From Octopus vulgaris (lineage: Eukaryota): a stretch of 64,000 nt of DNA. The stretch covers positions 170,500,001 through 170,564,000 of the forward strand of contig OX597816.1 in NCBI GenBank assembly GCA_951406725.2, read 5' to 3'. The notes beneath the pieces were generated by a model. The model saw only the letters and a program-made list of their open reading frames with translations. It had not been told where the DNA came from and searched no databases. The translations under genes and the position numbers were made by a program. This document shows, piece by piece, positions 28,870 to 42,850 of this stretch (its first letter is position 1; each line of letters opens with the position of its first letter).

Positions 28870-29830
28870 GAGGTGTAAGAAGGCCTGAGAAAATTTCGTC
28901 CCATACATCCCTTGTCTCACCTCTACAAAGAACATATTTGCAAGACTATCAGTTAGACATTTTGACGATTAACGACCGTGGGAGTGTGGAAGTTTTTCGC
29001 AAGAGCAACACTCCAATAATGGAAGCACTCCGTCGGTTACGACGATGAGGATTCCGATTGATCCGAATCAACGAAACAGCCTGCTCGTGAAATTAACGTG
29101 TAAGTGGCTGAGCACTCCACAGAAACGTGTACCCTTAACGTAGTTCTCGGGGATATTCAGCGTGACATAGAGAGTGACAAGGCCGGCCCTTTGAAATACA
29201 GGTACAACAGAAACAGGAAGTAAGAGTGAGAGAAAGTTGTGGTGAAAGAGTACAGCAGGGATCACCACCATCCCCTGCCGGAGCCTCGTGGAGCTTTTAG
29301 GTTTTTCGCTCAATAAACACTCACAACGCCCGGTCTGGGAATCGAAACCGTGATCCTATGACCGCGAGTCCGCTGCCCTAACCACTGGGCCATTGCGCCT
29401 CCAAGTACATCATAGTTACTTTAACGCAACTTGTAGAACAAGCGAATGAGTATTAGATACTTGGTTGTGTCACTTTCGTTGCTTACGAAAAGACCTCCGA
29501 TAGGCCGTGGTGTACCGTGCTAACGTTTCTAAAGATGAACGGAGTGGAGATGTAATATATCAAACACCTATGGGGCGGGAACGTGGGTTGTGTCACAGCT
29601 ATAGCCATGCTATCGCCACCTATAGCGATAGCATGGCTATAGCTACCTATGATAATTCCAGAGGGGAAGAACATGAGACAAGGAGTCACCATCTCTTCAA
29701 GGTACTTCACTGCACATTTTGAAATGGTTATCAGAACCATTGACAGGGAAAATGACGTCAAAATTAAAGGCGAGCTATGAACACAGATTGGATTGGCAGA
29801 AAGCATCGCGGTCATCGTCGAAGCCTAAGA
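28870..29830 (+). pseudogene. Second RTE-like RT fragment, interrupted by a SINE
   Basis: VFRKSNT, then after the SINE TLTQLVEQANE, FVAYEKTSD (cf. DYEKAFD) and MRQGVTISSRYFTA (cf. RQGDTISPKLFTA). Confidence 0.6.
29021..29402 (-). mobile_element. OR-type tRNA SINE (long-tail family)
   Basis: Same head as the 6423-6732 copy but a different tail ending GTAACCGACGGAGTGCTTCC. Copies at 44481 and 53873. Confidence 0.92.
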
Positions 29831-29994
29831 CCAGTTGCAATTTATTTTCTGTAGTTTGTATCTGTTTATAATTCGCATTGAGGATTCTCTGGATAACTCA
29901 TGATGCAGGTTTTCTGTGTTGTCCCCATATCCAGATTTAGCTCTGGTTTGCTCTCAAAATACAAAGTCCTAATAATGAGAACGAACAGAAATAC

Positions 29995-30350
29995 GCTTTT
30001 ACTTGTTTCAGTCATTTGACAGTGGCCATGCTGGATCACCGCCTTTAGTCGAGCAAATCGACCCCAGGACTTATTCTTTGCAAGCCTAGTACTTATTCTA
30101 TCGGTCTCTTTTGCCAAACCGCTAAGTTACGGGGACGTAAACACACCAGCATCGGTTGTCAAGCGATGTTGGGGGGACAAGCACCAGACACATAAACTTA
30201 AACACACACATACATATATACATATATGCGACGGGCTTCTTTCCGTTTCCGTCTACAAATCCACTCACAAGGCTTTGGTTGGCCCGAGGCTATAGTAGAA
30301 GACACTTGCCCAAAGTGTCACGTAGTGGAACTGAACCCGCAACCATGTAG
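29995..30350 (-). mobile_element. OK-type SINE, 5'-truncated
   Basis: Body and tail match the other copies. The head is missing. Confidence 0.88.
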
Positions 30351-30399
30351 CTTTAGATTTCATATTTAAATCGATATAATACTCTTAATGTTTTCCTTG

Positions 30400-32690
30400 T
30401 TTGATTTTGTTCTTACTCTAATATTACATGGTCATACCACGACGATTATCAGCAAGTACACTAGCCAAGTAATTGAGTTCTATTTTCCTTTCGTCTTCTA
30501 TAGGACAGTCTCTATGCCTTTCGTCGTTTATTAATACTTACATTTATTTTCTCACAAAATATCATAGCTTCTTTTTCTGTGCAGGCAACACTAAATTACT
30601 TGTAAACCTATTCTATCGTATTACTTCCTCAATCTTATATCTTCAATTTTTGTTTCCATTCTCATCTAACTGTGAACATTCCTATAATGTGTGAGCTGTT
30701 CCCTCGTCTGACTCGGCCCGTTTGTTCCATATTTGAGATGAACAGTCCAGGTGATCTTTCATCCAACTTAACCTTGGTGCTTGTTCATATGGAGCAAAAA
30801 ATCATTCCCCTAGTCAGTTTAATACTCCTTTCTCTAACATATTTTAGTTCTACTTGGCAATTTAATCTACTTTGTATTTTTTGGAAAAAAACGACTGGCA
30901 CTTCTTTCTTTCAAATTTTCATATCCTCTTTTGTACAGTTCTTTTTTATGGCTCCACATATTAAGCAAGTAGTCTTAGTTTTATTGCGAACATTCCTTGC
31001 TTTACTCAGTACAGATCTCTGTCCCTTGGATATATCCATTGTGGGTTCTTCATATTTTTTTTTACTACGAAACATGTGTGCTATCCTAGCAGCGATATTT
31101 TTAGTGTTATATATATTTGTATATCCTGGTATTGTGGTCATGAATTTATCTGCAAAGTTTTTTTTATCATTCTCAAATCATCTATTTTCTCTTGTTTTTA
31201 GACCCTACATTTTTAGAGACACATTATCATCTGTTGGGACTGATATGTCATTTTCGAGGTATGTCTATTCTTGCGCGTCTTAATCTACCTGTCTGTGTAT
31301 TTCGGAATATCTCAAAGTATGGTTGCTTAGCCATTATTGGAGACCTCTTCTGGGGTATGTCTATTCCAATTCTTTTTATATTCGCATAATTCCCAGCACA
31401 TCTAATATCCAACGTCCTCGCGTCTATAGGTGTTACTTTTCTTAGCAAAAAATTGGTGACTTTCAATCGATGTTTATTATTATTACTTTTTATTCTTTGC
31501 GATATCATTTCAGTAACAGCTTAATAAGTTTTACGAAGACATATTAACAGAACGTACTTTTGAGAATTTGTAGTTTCTGTAGATTTGCAGATTAAGATGG
31601 CTTTCCTCTTAGTTAGCCAGCCACTTATTGCCTCTGGCTCCGTCATTTTTTTGCAGTATCTGTGTTACTTCTATTGTTTTAAACATCCACAACATTTCCT
31701 GTGCTGGTTCTTTCGCTGTCCACACCACTTTACAAAATTCTCCTTCTTCTCTTGTTTTTGTGCTACATTGACTTCTATTTTATTTCTACTACGTTTTTAA
31801 TATAATCGATTTTGTTTAGAGTCAAACACTATGTTTGTTCAAAGAATCCGAGGCGTTTTTCATTACCGGCGAATTCTTTGAGATTTTGTGTGGGTCATTT
31901 GTTTCAGTAGTTCTTTGGTTCCAAGTATTTTTTTTTTCGTTGTGTTGCCTTTCTGAAGTATTTGTTTCCTAATCCTTCGTTTTCTAAGTTGTGCTATCTT
32001 CTTATTGATTTCAGTATAAATTCAGCGATACTTTCTCTTCATTTCTTTTTCTCTTTTCCATGTTGAATGCTTTGGTTTTGATACTTCTGCTTGAATGAAT
32101 CTGAAGTAGTACCCACTTTTCCCTATCCCTACAGGTTACTGCGGTATCTGTTAGTTTATTTATCTTGTAATAATGTTATTTCACTCCGTTTTAATCATGT
32201 CTCCGAAAACAAAGTTTGTATATTTTTTTTTATTGCTGTTTCTATTCTGTCTTGATCTCTACCATTGGCAGATATTTTTAATGGTCCATAGGAAGTTATT
32301 TTAAACTTAAATGCAATTTTAGAGGATTAGGATCGTGATTTTCAATGTCAGAATTTTCTATTTCTAAATCATCTTTAATTACCCTTTTTTTAATATTTTT
32401 CTTTGTACAGTTCCGGTTTTGATTTTGTTGACCAGTGATGTGCAGTTCTACGATTTGGCTTTGTTTTACGTTTTGTTCTACGTTTTGCTGTTGTTATTTG
32501 TTCTGTGTTTACATGTCTTGATTGTATCAACGTGAATTAAATCATCAGTGCTTTAGTGTTCTTCGATATTTCGCGATTGTTACTTGTGTTCGGATAATGT
32601 ATTCTTTTATTTAAAAGTTCCATTTCAATTGGTGATATTTTTTTACGTTTTGAGAATATATCCTAAGTTTAATATATATCGTAATATATT
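30400..32690 (-). pseudogene. Highly decayed non-LTR retrotransposon, possibly R4/Dong-like
   Basis: Lys/Arg-rich broken ORFs (e.g. INKKIAQLRK). Lies next to clear R4/Dong remnants. No intact RT motif was seen. Confidence 0.35.
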
Positions 32691-32737
32691 TAGAGCTGAT
32701 CTGTTTTCATCCCAATTTCATACGAAAATACTGTTGA

Positions 32738-32738
<1 letters not shown>

Positions 32739-32831
<93 letters not shown>

Positions 32832-32858
32832 GCCATTGTCGTTGACATCATAGTTTCG

Positions 32859-32929
<71 letters not shown>

Positions 32930-32930
32930 C
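32739..32930. repeat. (ATG)n-(ATC)n-(ATT)n compound trinucleotide repeat
   Basis: Seen directly. Confidence 0.95.
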
Positions 32931-33360
32931 TTACTTTTAATCTGTATGTTTGTTACAGTCACTTGTCGAGACACACCCAGCGTCCTAGGGCAAGTGAAGA
33001 ATAAGGGATGTTACAGTATGACAGAACATCTCTTGGGGAGGGGGTAGCGAAATATCTTCAGGTAATACAACACAGACACTTAAAAGGATAGGATGTTTCT
33101 AAAGAGGTAAGCACAATTTTGGGGATTTCTCTGAGACATGGTTCTCACGGGATCTTATCTAGATGTTTCTGACATCCCTTTCTTAGCATACCTAGGGCAC
33201 CTACAATAACAGGAACAATTCTCGTTTTAAGATACCATTTCTTTTGTATTTCAATTTTCAGGTCCTTATATTTACTTAGCTTGTCAAATTCCTTGACATA
33301 TACATCTGCTATGATATCCTTCAATCTAGCGTTGATAAAGAAGCACATGTTAAAGAGATA
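32930..33360 (-). pseudogene. R4/Dong-type LINE 3' end (REL endonuclease C-terminus and 3'UTR)
   Basis: KEFDKLSKYKDLKIEIQKKWYLKTRIVPVIVGALG (KxxKY motif), followed by a 3'UTR and (TAA)n. Confidence 0.8.
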
Positions 33361-33486
33361 AATAAATCAACTATACTGATAATTTGTCAATTGGGCTACG
33401 TTAGAAAATGTTACCATTGCTGTAATAATAAATGCTATAATAATAATAGCAATGATAATAATAATGATAATAATAATAACTATTAT

Positions 33487-33524
<38 letters not shown>

Positions 33525-33577
33525 TAATAATAATAATAATTAGTATTATTATAACTATTATTATTATTATTATTATT

Positions 33578-34437
33578 GAGTGAGTGAGAGAGAGCAGTTC
33601 ATGCCATCAAAGTGACACTGGGGTAAAATATACGAAACCTAGTATATCCATCCTGACTACCTGTCTAATAAAGGTACACCAGGCACATGTATCACAACCA
33701 TCTGTACGCAACATGGTGATCTCATATCAAGATAAACAGCACATGACCTTGCAAGGGAAGCCCAGTTAGAATTTTCTTCAGGTCGAGTAGCCCGAATAAG
33801 GTTTGTTTAAGGATATTGAACGAAACACCCGTTTCCATAGGTTAATTATTCAAACCCCAAACGTATTGCATTATTATTATTATTATTACTGAGTGAGAGA
33901 GCAGTTGACGCCATCAAAGTGACACTGGGGTAAAATATACGAAGCCCAATATACCCATCATGACTACCCGTCTGATAAGGGCATACTAGGCACATGCATC
34001 ACAACCATATGTGCGCGACATGGTGATCTCATATCAAGATAAACTGCACAGGACCTTGCAGGTGGGGCCCAGTTAGAATTTTCTTCAGGTTGAATAGCCC
34101 ATCCCACTCAAACGGTCCCTGAATAAGGGTTGTTTAAGGATGTTGAAAAAACCACCCCAATCTCCAGAGGTGAATTATTCAAACCCCAAAGAATCCTTCT
34201 CAACACATGGCTATGATGCTCCCTCACTACTTCTGCTCGTGATCAGAGATGCACATATCGTCAGCCACTAAGGGACATGCTCAACTGGTTAAGGTCAAAC
34301 AACTGACAAGCAAATCTGTGGTATTGAGCAGACTATTTGCTGTAGCCCATCTTTTATACCAAGACAGAACAATGTACATGATAACACTTCCAATCAGTTA
34401 AGACCAGACGCCATGAGAGCCACTGCCTGGTACTGCA
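33578..34437 (-). mobile_element. Tandem partial and full copies of a ~550-bp non-coding element embedded in (TAA)n
   Basis: 33578-33865 duplicates part of 33890-34437. Both copies are bounded by TTA repeats. Confidence 0.75.
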
Positions 34438-34449
34438 TTATTATTATAA

Positions 34450-34558
<109 letters not shown>

Positions 34559-34559
34559 G

Positions 34560-34613
<54 letters not shown>

Positions 34614-34614
34614 T

Positions 34615-36730
34615 GTGATGAAAAACATTTATTTAGCTGAGTATGATGGAAAGTGTTAGTTGTCCACATCTAGCTGTCTAAGGTGACGCGTGTTTATTGG
34701 TCATGCTTCAATAACCCTGCGAAGAATTCTTGCACTTCGAAGTAATAATGATTTTTGTAGGGGTTTTACCTTCAGACTTGTATCAGTCTTCCTGAGCCAT
34801 GTTGGTAGTTGAGTGCTGATGCTTCCAAGTGCACCAATTTCTATTGGTATCACGTGTACTCTCCTCATTTATCATAACCTTCGTATTTCACATTTCAAAT
34901 CGTAAGAGTTGTTTATTTTTCTTCTACTTTCTCATTGATCCTGTTGTCACCGGGACATGCTATGTCGATCATCATACATGTTCTTTCTTTTATATTCACC
35001 ACAACAATGTCTGGTCAGGTGATCGTACGGAATCATTGCATTCCACAGGATTTTACAGTTCTCATCCTCGGTGACTCGCTATGGAATTTGTTCATACTAC
35101 ATCTTTGCTCTTTGTAGGCCGTGATTTCCATGAAGCTCTCAATAGTTCGTTCCTGCCACATTTTCATGGTGACTTTCGTATTCGCGTTGTGCCAATTTCG
35201 AGCATTTGCTAACGATATGCCATATCGTTTCACCCCTCTCGCCACACATTCTGCATATGTCACTGTCGGTAGTGTTTTCTATTCTGCTCTTCACATAGTT
35301 GGTCCTTAACGCTTGTTCTTGAGCTGCGCCTATAAGTACTTTTGTCTCTATCTTCAGGGCACTCTTCCTCATCCATAAGTACCGGTCTTCTTTACCTGTC
35401 TTGGTGTTTGTATCTCTTTCAAACTGTCTGTACATGCTGTTTCATTTTTTGCGTTTTTTCCTCTTTAAATTTTTCTTTCATTACACAATTCTCAGTTTTG
35501 ATGACTCCAGCCTTCTTCGCATGTTTCAACTGTGGCTCCATGGCATTTTTTTTTTTGCATACCGCCCTAAGCTGTTTTCCTCTTACCTCTACTTCGATGC
35601 AATCTTGGCAACTGATCAAACCTCTCCCACCCTTTCTTCTGGACAAGTACAGCCTGTCGGCATCACTCTTAGGGTGGAAGGCTCCGTGTATTGTCAACAT
35701 TTTTCTTATCGTTGTATCTATCTTCACCAATTCTTTCTTTTACCATTTTATAATTCCAGCTCCATACGGAACTGATGCTATCGCCCATGTATTAACTCCT
35801 TGGATTTTATTCCATCTGGTCAATTTTGAGTGTAACTCCTACCTTAGTCTTCGGAAATAATCCACCCTCAGTTGCTCTTTCATTTCCTTCTCCATTATCT
35901 CGTTCTATGTACATATATACATACATATATGTGCATATACACATGCACATATATACATAAATATGCCTAGATATTCGTAGCCTCCCGCTTGAATTTTGTT
36001 TAATCAGTTCTCTTTTTCGGTAAATCTATCTCTGCTAGGGACTGTACCTTGTTTGTTTTTAGGTAGATTATTCCACCACTCTTGAGTCAAAACTGTATTC
36101 TATTATCAGCAGTAAAACAGTGGACCGAGTTCAATAAGGATCTGACTTGTGTCTCATCCTTGCAATACAGTTTCAAATCATCCATGAAGAGGATGTGGTT
36201 GATTGTTTGGTATTTTCCCTTTAATTGGTAAACCAGGTTAATTTTCCTAAGTACCGAGTTCAGAGGGATCATACAGAGAATAAAAAGCAACGGAGATAAG
36301 CTATCACCCTGGAAAATCCAACTTCTGATACGCAGGATGCCCAAGCTTCGTCCGTAGCATGTCAGTTTAGTTTTCCACCCCATCACCATACTTCTCTGCT
36401 GGAAACACATAAACCTGTTACATTCACCGCAATTCCAAACAGATCTAAGCACTCGATGATCCACGAATGTAGAATCATATCATAACCTTGGCGGTAGTCA
36501 ATCCAGGCCATTTCAAAATTTGTTCTTCGTTTACAGTCTGGCACTGGAATTCTGTCTATCAATAATTGATCTTTGGTACCTCTACATCTCCTTCTACAGC
36601 CTTTGTTTTCCGTCAGTATTATATCGTTCTCATCAAAATATTTGTCCAATTCTTCAGCAATTCCTCCTGAAAGTGACTTCCACATTAATGGGCCTCAGGA
36701 AATTGGCCTGTAATTGTCAGCAACATTTAC
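34615..36730 (-). pseudogene. R4/Dong-type LINE remnant (RT, CCHC, REL)
   Basis: [68 protein letters not shown] and ARILRRV. Flanked by (TAA)/(TAG) repeats. Confidence 0.9.
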
Positions 36731-36802
36731 ATTTGACACAACTATTATTATTATTGTTACTATTATCATTATTATTATTATTATTATTATTACTATTATT
36801 AC

Positions 36803-36906
<104 letters not shown>

Positions 36907-37294
36907 TCATCATTATCACCATCATCATCATCATCATCATTTTCATAAGATATTGTTCGTTTATATGATGACTATATTATTGAAAAAAAATATATTATTG
37001 ATTCCCAAACGTAATATTCTTGATACACTCCTTTACAATAAGCTTCTAAATTTTATAACATTTATAGACATTGAGAAGATCCACAGAAAATATATGATAG
37101 CTGACCTAGATGTCTCTAAAATAAGTGTACACTTTTGAGAATTCCTTCTAAAACTTGTTTGTTCAATTTAAGGATTCATATTTGGTTTCAGAACATGATT
37201 AAAATATTTTGTTTTAATTAGCAATGTTTTGGTGTCTTATTCCATACAAAAATCGATAGAAACAGAAAACAAACGATGTAAAGACTGCACTCAC

Positions 37295-37409
37295 TCAGAT
37301 GGTGTAGATAAGCAACAACACTCTCCCATGCTGCTGAATCGGTGGAATTTAATTCAATTGCTTTCATCCATGCTTGCAGAGCCTTTTGTTTTTCACCATT
37401 ATAATAATA
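37295..37409 (-). CDS. Internal 115-nt coding exon of the same TPR protein
   Basis: Acceptor ttttatatttgtaaacAG, donor A|GTGAGT. Translation YYYNGEKQKALQAWMKAIELNSTDSAAWESVVAYLHHL fits the TPR pattern. Spacing resembles, from memory, the last TPRs of TMTC1 (KA..A.LN...AW......H......RAL..V). Confidence 0.8.
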
Positions 37410-38174
37410 CTGTTTACAAATATAAAATAAAAATTAATAACTTAATAAAAGTAGCTAGGATTCAGATATTATTATATTTGGATTTAAATCAACCAAAGAA
37501 CTGTCAATTAAATTTATAGAATATAATATTTTTTGTGAATTTTTAAATTGAAGTATACACATTTTATTTTCGCACGAAGGTTTCCACCTGTGTAATTTTT
37601 GTAGCATGTATTAGTTGTGAATATATTGATCCTGTATTTTAACTATGTTAATTAGTAATTTTTAGCTTTCATGATTGATGAATGTGCGAGAAAAATGGTA
37701 GGGTCTGCGTCTACTGCGTTTCTTTCCTGAAATTTAATTTGAAACTGATTCACTTTATTTAAGCAAATAATGTCTCTTACAAAGGTATAAGCATTAATCA
37801 TTCATATTCTGTTAGTTTAAAACATCCTAAAACAACAATTTATAAAGGTGGATGGAGGTTTAGCAACAGCAATGCAGCTAGATGAAAGTATAAGCACTCA
37901 ATTTGCAGTACCGTTTTCAACATTATGACTACCGGTATAGTTATTAGCATCTAAACTTCCGTTCGAAAAAGAGCTAACATATAAAGATACATGTGCGACT
38001 CCCACACATTTCTACGGGCATCAGTAACAAAGGAAGGTAAACTGTTATAATACAGGAATCGAAATGAGACAATGCAGTCTATTTACCAATTGATTATGTG
38101 CAGGACCATTCAAGTATTATAAACGGTAAAACAATGAAATCCTTTGGCAAGTCATAGTATGCTTATATTTCAAA

Positions 38175-38557
38175 CTAGCAGTATCGCCCGGCGTTGCTCA
38201 GGTTTGTAAGGGAAATAACTATAAAGCATTTTTAGAGAGTTATAGCCAAAAAGTAGCAAAAAAATGGAAAAAAAATGATGGTAAATTTTTTTTTAGTTAA
38301 AAAAGGTGGAGTTGCGTCCCCTAGACAGTTTGCGGTTTGTGTTTCTGATTCTCGACCCCATGTCGAATTTATCGATTTTTTTCAGAACTGGGGGAACTTT
38401 TCAAAATGTTCGCTGCGTTAGTTTTGAATTATGACATTGGGCTATGTGTGTATCAAGTTTCATCAGAATCGGTTGAAAGCCGTGGTCAGGGTGAGGGTAC
38501 GAGAAAACAGACACACAGAAACACGCACAGACAAACTGCCGTTTATATATAGAGAGA
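38175..38557 (-). mobile_element. Non-autonomous Helitron
   Basis: 5' A|TCTCTCTATATATAAA, 3' GAGCAACGCCGGGCGATACTG-CTAG|T. No TSD. Confidence 0.8.
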
Positions 38558-39460
38558 TTGAGAAATAAATATGATGAAAGAGAAAACAGAACACTGTGAC
38601 ATTTGTTTCACAAAGGATGCTTCATCGGAGACGAAACTTACATATCATTAACTTATATCACGTTTTTCGACGCAAGGCTCTACCTGAAACGATAAGTTTT
38701 ACTTCTTTTTTTAACAGTATGACATTTATTCCTTGTTTGAAATATCTGTGTCATAAAACATATTGAGGCATTTTTAAGTACTGGGGAGATAATTTCAAAT
38801 GAAAGGAAGGTAACAATAGATATTGGCACACGATTGTCATTATATAATAAACATTATCGTTATGCGTATCTTGCATGTAGTCGTACACCAAAGAGTTCAT
38901 ACATAGTTTGGGTTCTATTTGTGTCCTTCCACCCTTTTATATTGTCATTTATTACTTTCTTTATGTTTAATTAAATTAAAGAATGAATAATCAGCATATG
39001 GACATGATGTAATTTTATTTTAGAATTTCATATTCTATCAAAAATGTTTTGCGGTAGTTGTGCATGCAATGCTGTTTCCAATTAAATTTTTGCCCACTAT
39101 GCACGATTTTTGAATCATTGTTGTAGTCTTTTCATTCATTTGTTGCATGTTTGACATTTTGGGCAATAGTATCGATAATTAGAAGTTGCCAACGGGTTAT
39201 TTACTGGGTCACACTGTTTTCACCGATTCACCTCCTCAGATTCTCACTGCTGTGAATTAAATAAGGAAGATATCAACTGCAAATATACCGTATAAAGAAA
39301 ATATGGAATATTCAGCAGCAGTTGCCTTGCATGTGGATATTTCAATGATTTTATACCTTGTAAGACATTGATGAACTTAAGAAAGTTACGTGTTTATTCT
39401 CACAGTATACAGCAGTTTATTTAGATATTTAATCTTCGAAAGTTCGGTAAGTGCAATATT

Positions 39461-39864
39461 CTCTTTTACTCTTTTACTCTTTTACTTGTTTCAGTCATTT
39501 GACTGCGGCCATGCTGGAGCACCGCCTTTAATCGAGCAACTCGACCCCGGGACTTATTCTTTGTAAGCCCAGTACTTATTCTATCGGACTCTTTTGCCGA
39601 ACCGCTAAGTAACGGGGACGTAAACACACCAGCATCGGTTGTCCAGCAATGCTAGGGGGACTAACACAGACACACATACATATATATATATACATATATA
39701 CGACAGGCTTCTTTTCAGTTTCCGTCTACCAAATCCACTCACAATGCATTGGTCGGCCCGGGGCTATAGCAGAAGACACTTGCCCAAGATGACACGCAGT
39801 GGGACTGAACCTGGAACCATGTGGTTGGTAAACAAGCTACTTACCACACAGCCACTCCTGCGCC
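39461..39864 (-). mobile_element. OK-type SINE, full length
   Basis: Full head, with (GAGTAAAA)n tail. Confidence 0.92.
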
Positions 39865-39923
39865 TATTGTTCAATATTTAGTGATGGTGGGGGGTTATAT
39901 ATGTATAGCTATTCACACATGCA

Positions 39924-40122
39924 CATACATACATACATACATACATACATACATACATACATACATACATACATACATACATACATACATACATACATAC
40001 ATACATACATACATACATACATACATACATACATACATACATACATACATACATACATACATACATACATACATACATACATACATACATACATACATAC
40101 ATACATACATACATACATACAT
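39924..40122. repeat. Pure (CATA)n tetranucleotide tract
   Basis: About 200 bp of uninterrupted CATA. Confidence 0.97.
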
Positions 40123-40828
40123 AAAACTAGAAAGGAGAAAGCTAATTCGAAGACTACAGATCCAATCCATCACTTTCCAGAAGTTTATCTTTTAAATATA
40201 TGTGAGCATGTCTAGATATGCAACTATATGCAAGAGAATACATACATGAAACAAAACATACAAATCTGCTCATATACGAACAAACATACATACATACATA
40301 CACACATACATAATACATACATACATACAAAGCAAAAATACCCTGTTGTTGATTTTGAAATTCCAATGAAGGAACCTTTGATCTAGGTTAGAAACCGGTT
40401 CTCTCTCTATTGGCAAGAAATCTTGAAATAAAACTGAACAATAACATACATACATACGTGTGCGTGTGGATTCTAGTATGTGTATACAAATACATTCACA
40501 AACATACATACAAATAAAAAAGATAGCCTATAGTTTATAATATCTGCGTTGTAGAAAGGAAAATGAAGTAAATGGTTATTACCTCTCTCTTTCTTTCCCT
40601 CTATCTCTCTGTTTCTCTGTAAAAATATATACACACACGCACGCACACATATATCAAATACGGCATTAATAATGGACTTTATACATGCATTTCTGCAGTA
40701 TAGATTAATGTAGATGAACATACACACACGCGCGCTTATATATATATGTTTCAACATAACAATGTCTATAACTCCATAACCAATTTTTAAACATTGATAA
40801 AATTATATCACGTGAGTACAGAGCTTAA

Positions 40829-41969
40829 TCTTATATCTTAAAAGGCAAGTTGTCTGTCTGTCTGTCTGTATGTGTGTGTTGTGTGAACCACTTCTACTCC
40901 TACAATTTTTAACCGAATTTCACCAAATTTGACATGTGTACTCTCTTTGACTTAGGACGCTTTTTCTTATAACTTTTTCTTCGAAATTCAGCGCCCCTAA
41001 CATAAATAGACTACACTCGCCTAGGATTTGGATTGAGACAGCGAAAAGACGTGACACGCACCCAGCTGGAAAAAATCAATACTTTACTTTGTCAGCTGTG
41101 TTGAGCTCTTATCGACTGCTTGCACAGTACTGCCAGCAGTATTCATTTGCGAGTTACGATTTGCCTCTGTTTTCGCGTAGGCGCTCTTTTTCATATAATT
41201 ATTCCAACTTAAACTAAGCTACTTCAAAACTTTTACCCAAAATTAAAAATCCTTAATTCAGTCTATTTTATTAACATTTTTGCCAACTACATTCTATTAT
41301 CCTTTTGGGTGCTAAACATTCACCGCTTTTTCTTTAGGACATTTTCTATTGTGTAAACTGATAATTTTCCACCATGTCTCGACGCGAAAGATCCAATATA
41401 GGTCGGCAAACAAATGCTGCATAAAAATATAAACGTATGTGTGCAAATGAATCTGCCAAGAATGCCACCAAGAGGAACTCTCTCAATGCACTTAGGATGG
41501 CTTCAGCGCGAAGAAGGGAAGTGAAGAGCAGCGTGGTAATCGGTTAACACGTATTGCTGCGCAATGAGCCGCCCAGAGCAACGAGCAAAGTTCAGCACGC
41601 TGAACAAGAAATGCTTCCTCTACTGCTGCTGCACGAGCTTAGGAGACTGCAGCACAATTTGCTGAATTTCATCTTACAAAGAGATGCTGCAGCAACTGCT
41701 GCTGAGCGTGCTACGGAGACTACAGAGATAGACAGCAACGGATGTTGCTCTATGCGACAAATAGGAAAGCATCAGGTAACCATACCCTTGTAACTTTATT
41801 TATTTCACTATCGTAAACTTCACAGTATGCTGTCCGTTAAGTGCTCCCAATTGTGAGGTAGGCAACAGATACTACACTTTTCCTCCTTATGCACAGGCCA
41901 CAAGTCAAATTTGTTTGTTCAGGTAATGTTGTATGTGCAACCCAGCGAAGCATCAGGTAAACATACTAT
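40829..41969 (+). mobile_element. Helitron derivative retaining the RepHel N-terminal remnant
   Basis: 5' A|TCTTATATCTTAAAAG and (GTCT)n, with a degenerate 3' end gcgaagcatcagg...ctat. The remnant ORF from 41374 (MSRRERSNIGRQTNAA*...) resembles animal Helitron RepHel N-termini. Confidence 0.6.
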
Positions 41970-42398
41970 TTCTCTTTATGTCATATCTTTAGGCTCAACC
42001 TTTCCATCTGCTAAACAGCACATGTCAGCAGTTATGTGGTAAGGAAAATAAACTCAATTACTGCCGGTTTTTTACAGATCGATCTACTGTCCCAATGGAA
42101 AACAACGACAATGGTATGGGCGTATGACTCTGCATATTTACTATCGCGCTAAATAAATCAAGCAACACTGGAAACATCTGCCATTATGATTCCTTTCATT
42201 CAGTTTAGAGGTGCATCCTTGAATGGTCTAATAACCAAATAGGCATACTTAACATGTATGCATGTGTGTATGTATGTGTGTGTGTGTGTGTGCGTGTGTG
42301 CATATGTATATATGTATGTAGGTGTGTATATTTGCATGTATGTATTCTGCATATTCATGTGTTTGCGTGTCCGTGTTCGTATGTTTTTATGTATGTGA

Positions 42399-42462
<64 letters not shown>

Positions 42463-42818
42463 GTGTGTCTACCTCTGTCTCCTTGTGTGTGCATGTCTGA
42501 GTGTGTGTGTGTGTGTTTTGCAACTATGTACTGTGTTTGTATATGTGGATGTGCATCTCCATATGTGTGGACGTGTGTCTCCATATCCATCCTTGTGTGA
42601 AGTAAAGTGTGTGTGTGTATATGGTCATGTGTTTTAGTCTCCATTTGTGTATGTGTGCTTGTCTGTTCATATAACCTATGTACCTATTCGTCTATATGTT
42701 GATCTAGTTTCTTTCATATCAATATGCTTATATACATGTGCAAATACATATATATACCTACAACCACCCGCAGTAAACATTTAGCGTGTATGTATGTATG
42801 TATGTATGTATGTTTGTT

Positions 42819-42850
<32 letters not shown>

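Noticed and set aside
30672-31283. 203-aa hydrophobic plus-strand ORF
   Set aside because: Antisense shadow of an A-rich decayed retroelement.
38642-38683. AG/GTAAGT-bounded minus-strand segment
   Set aside because: Stop codons in all three frames.
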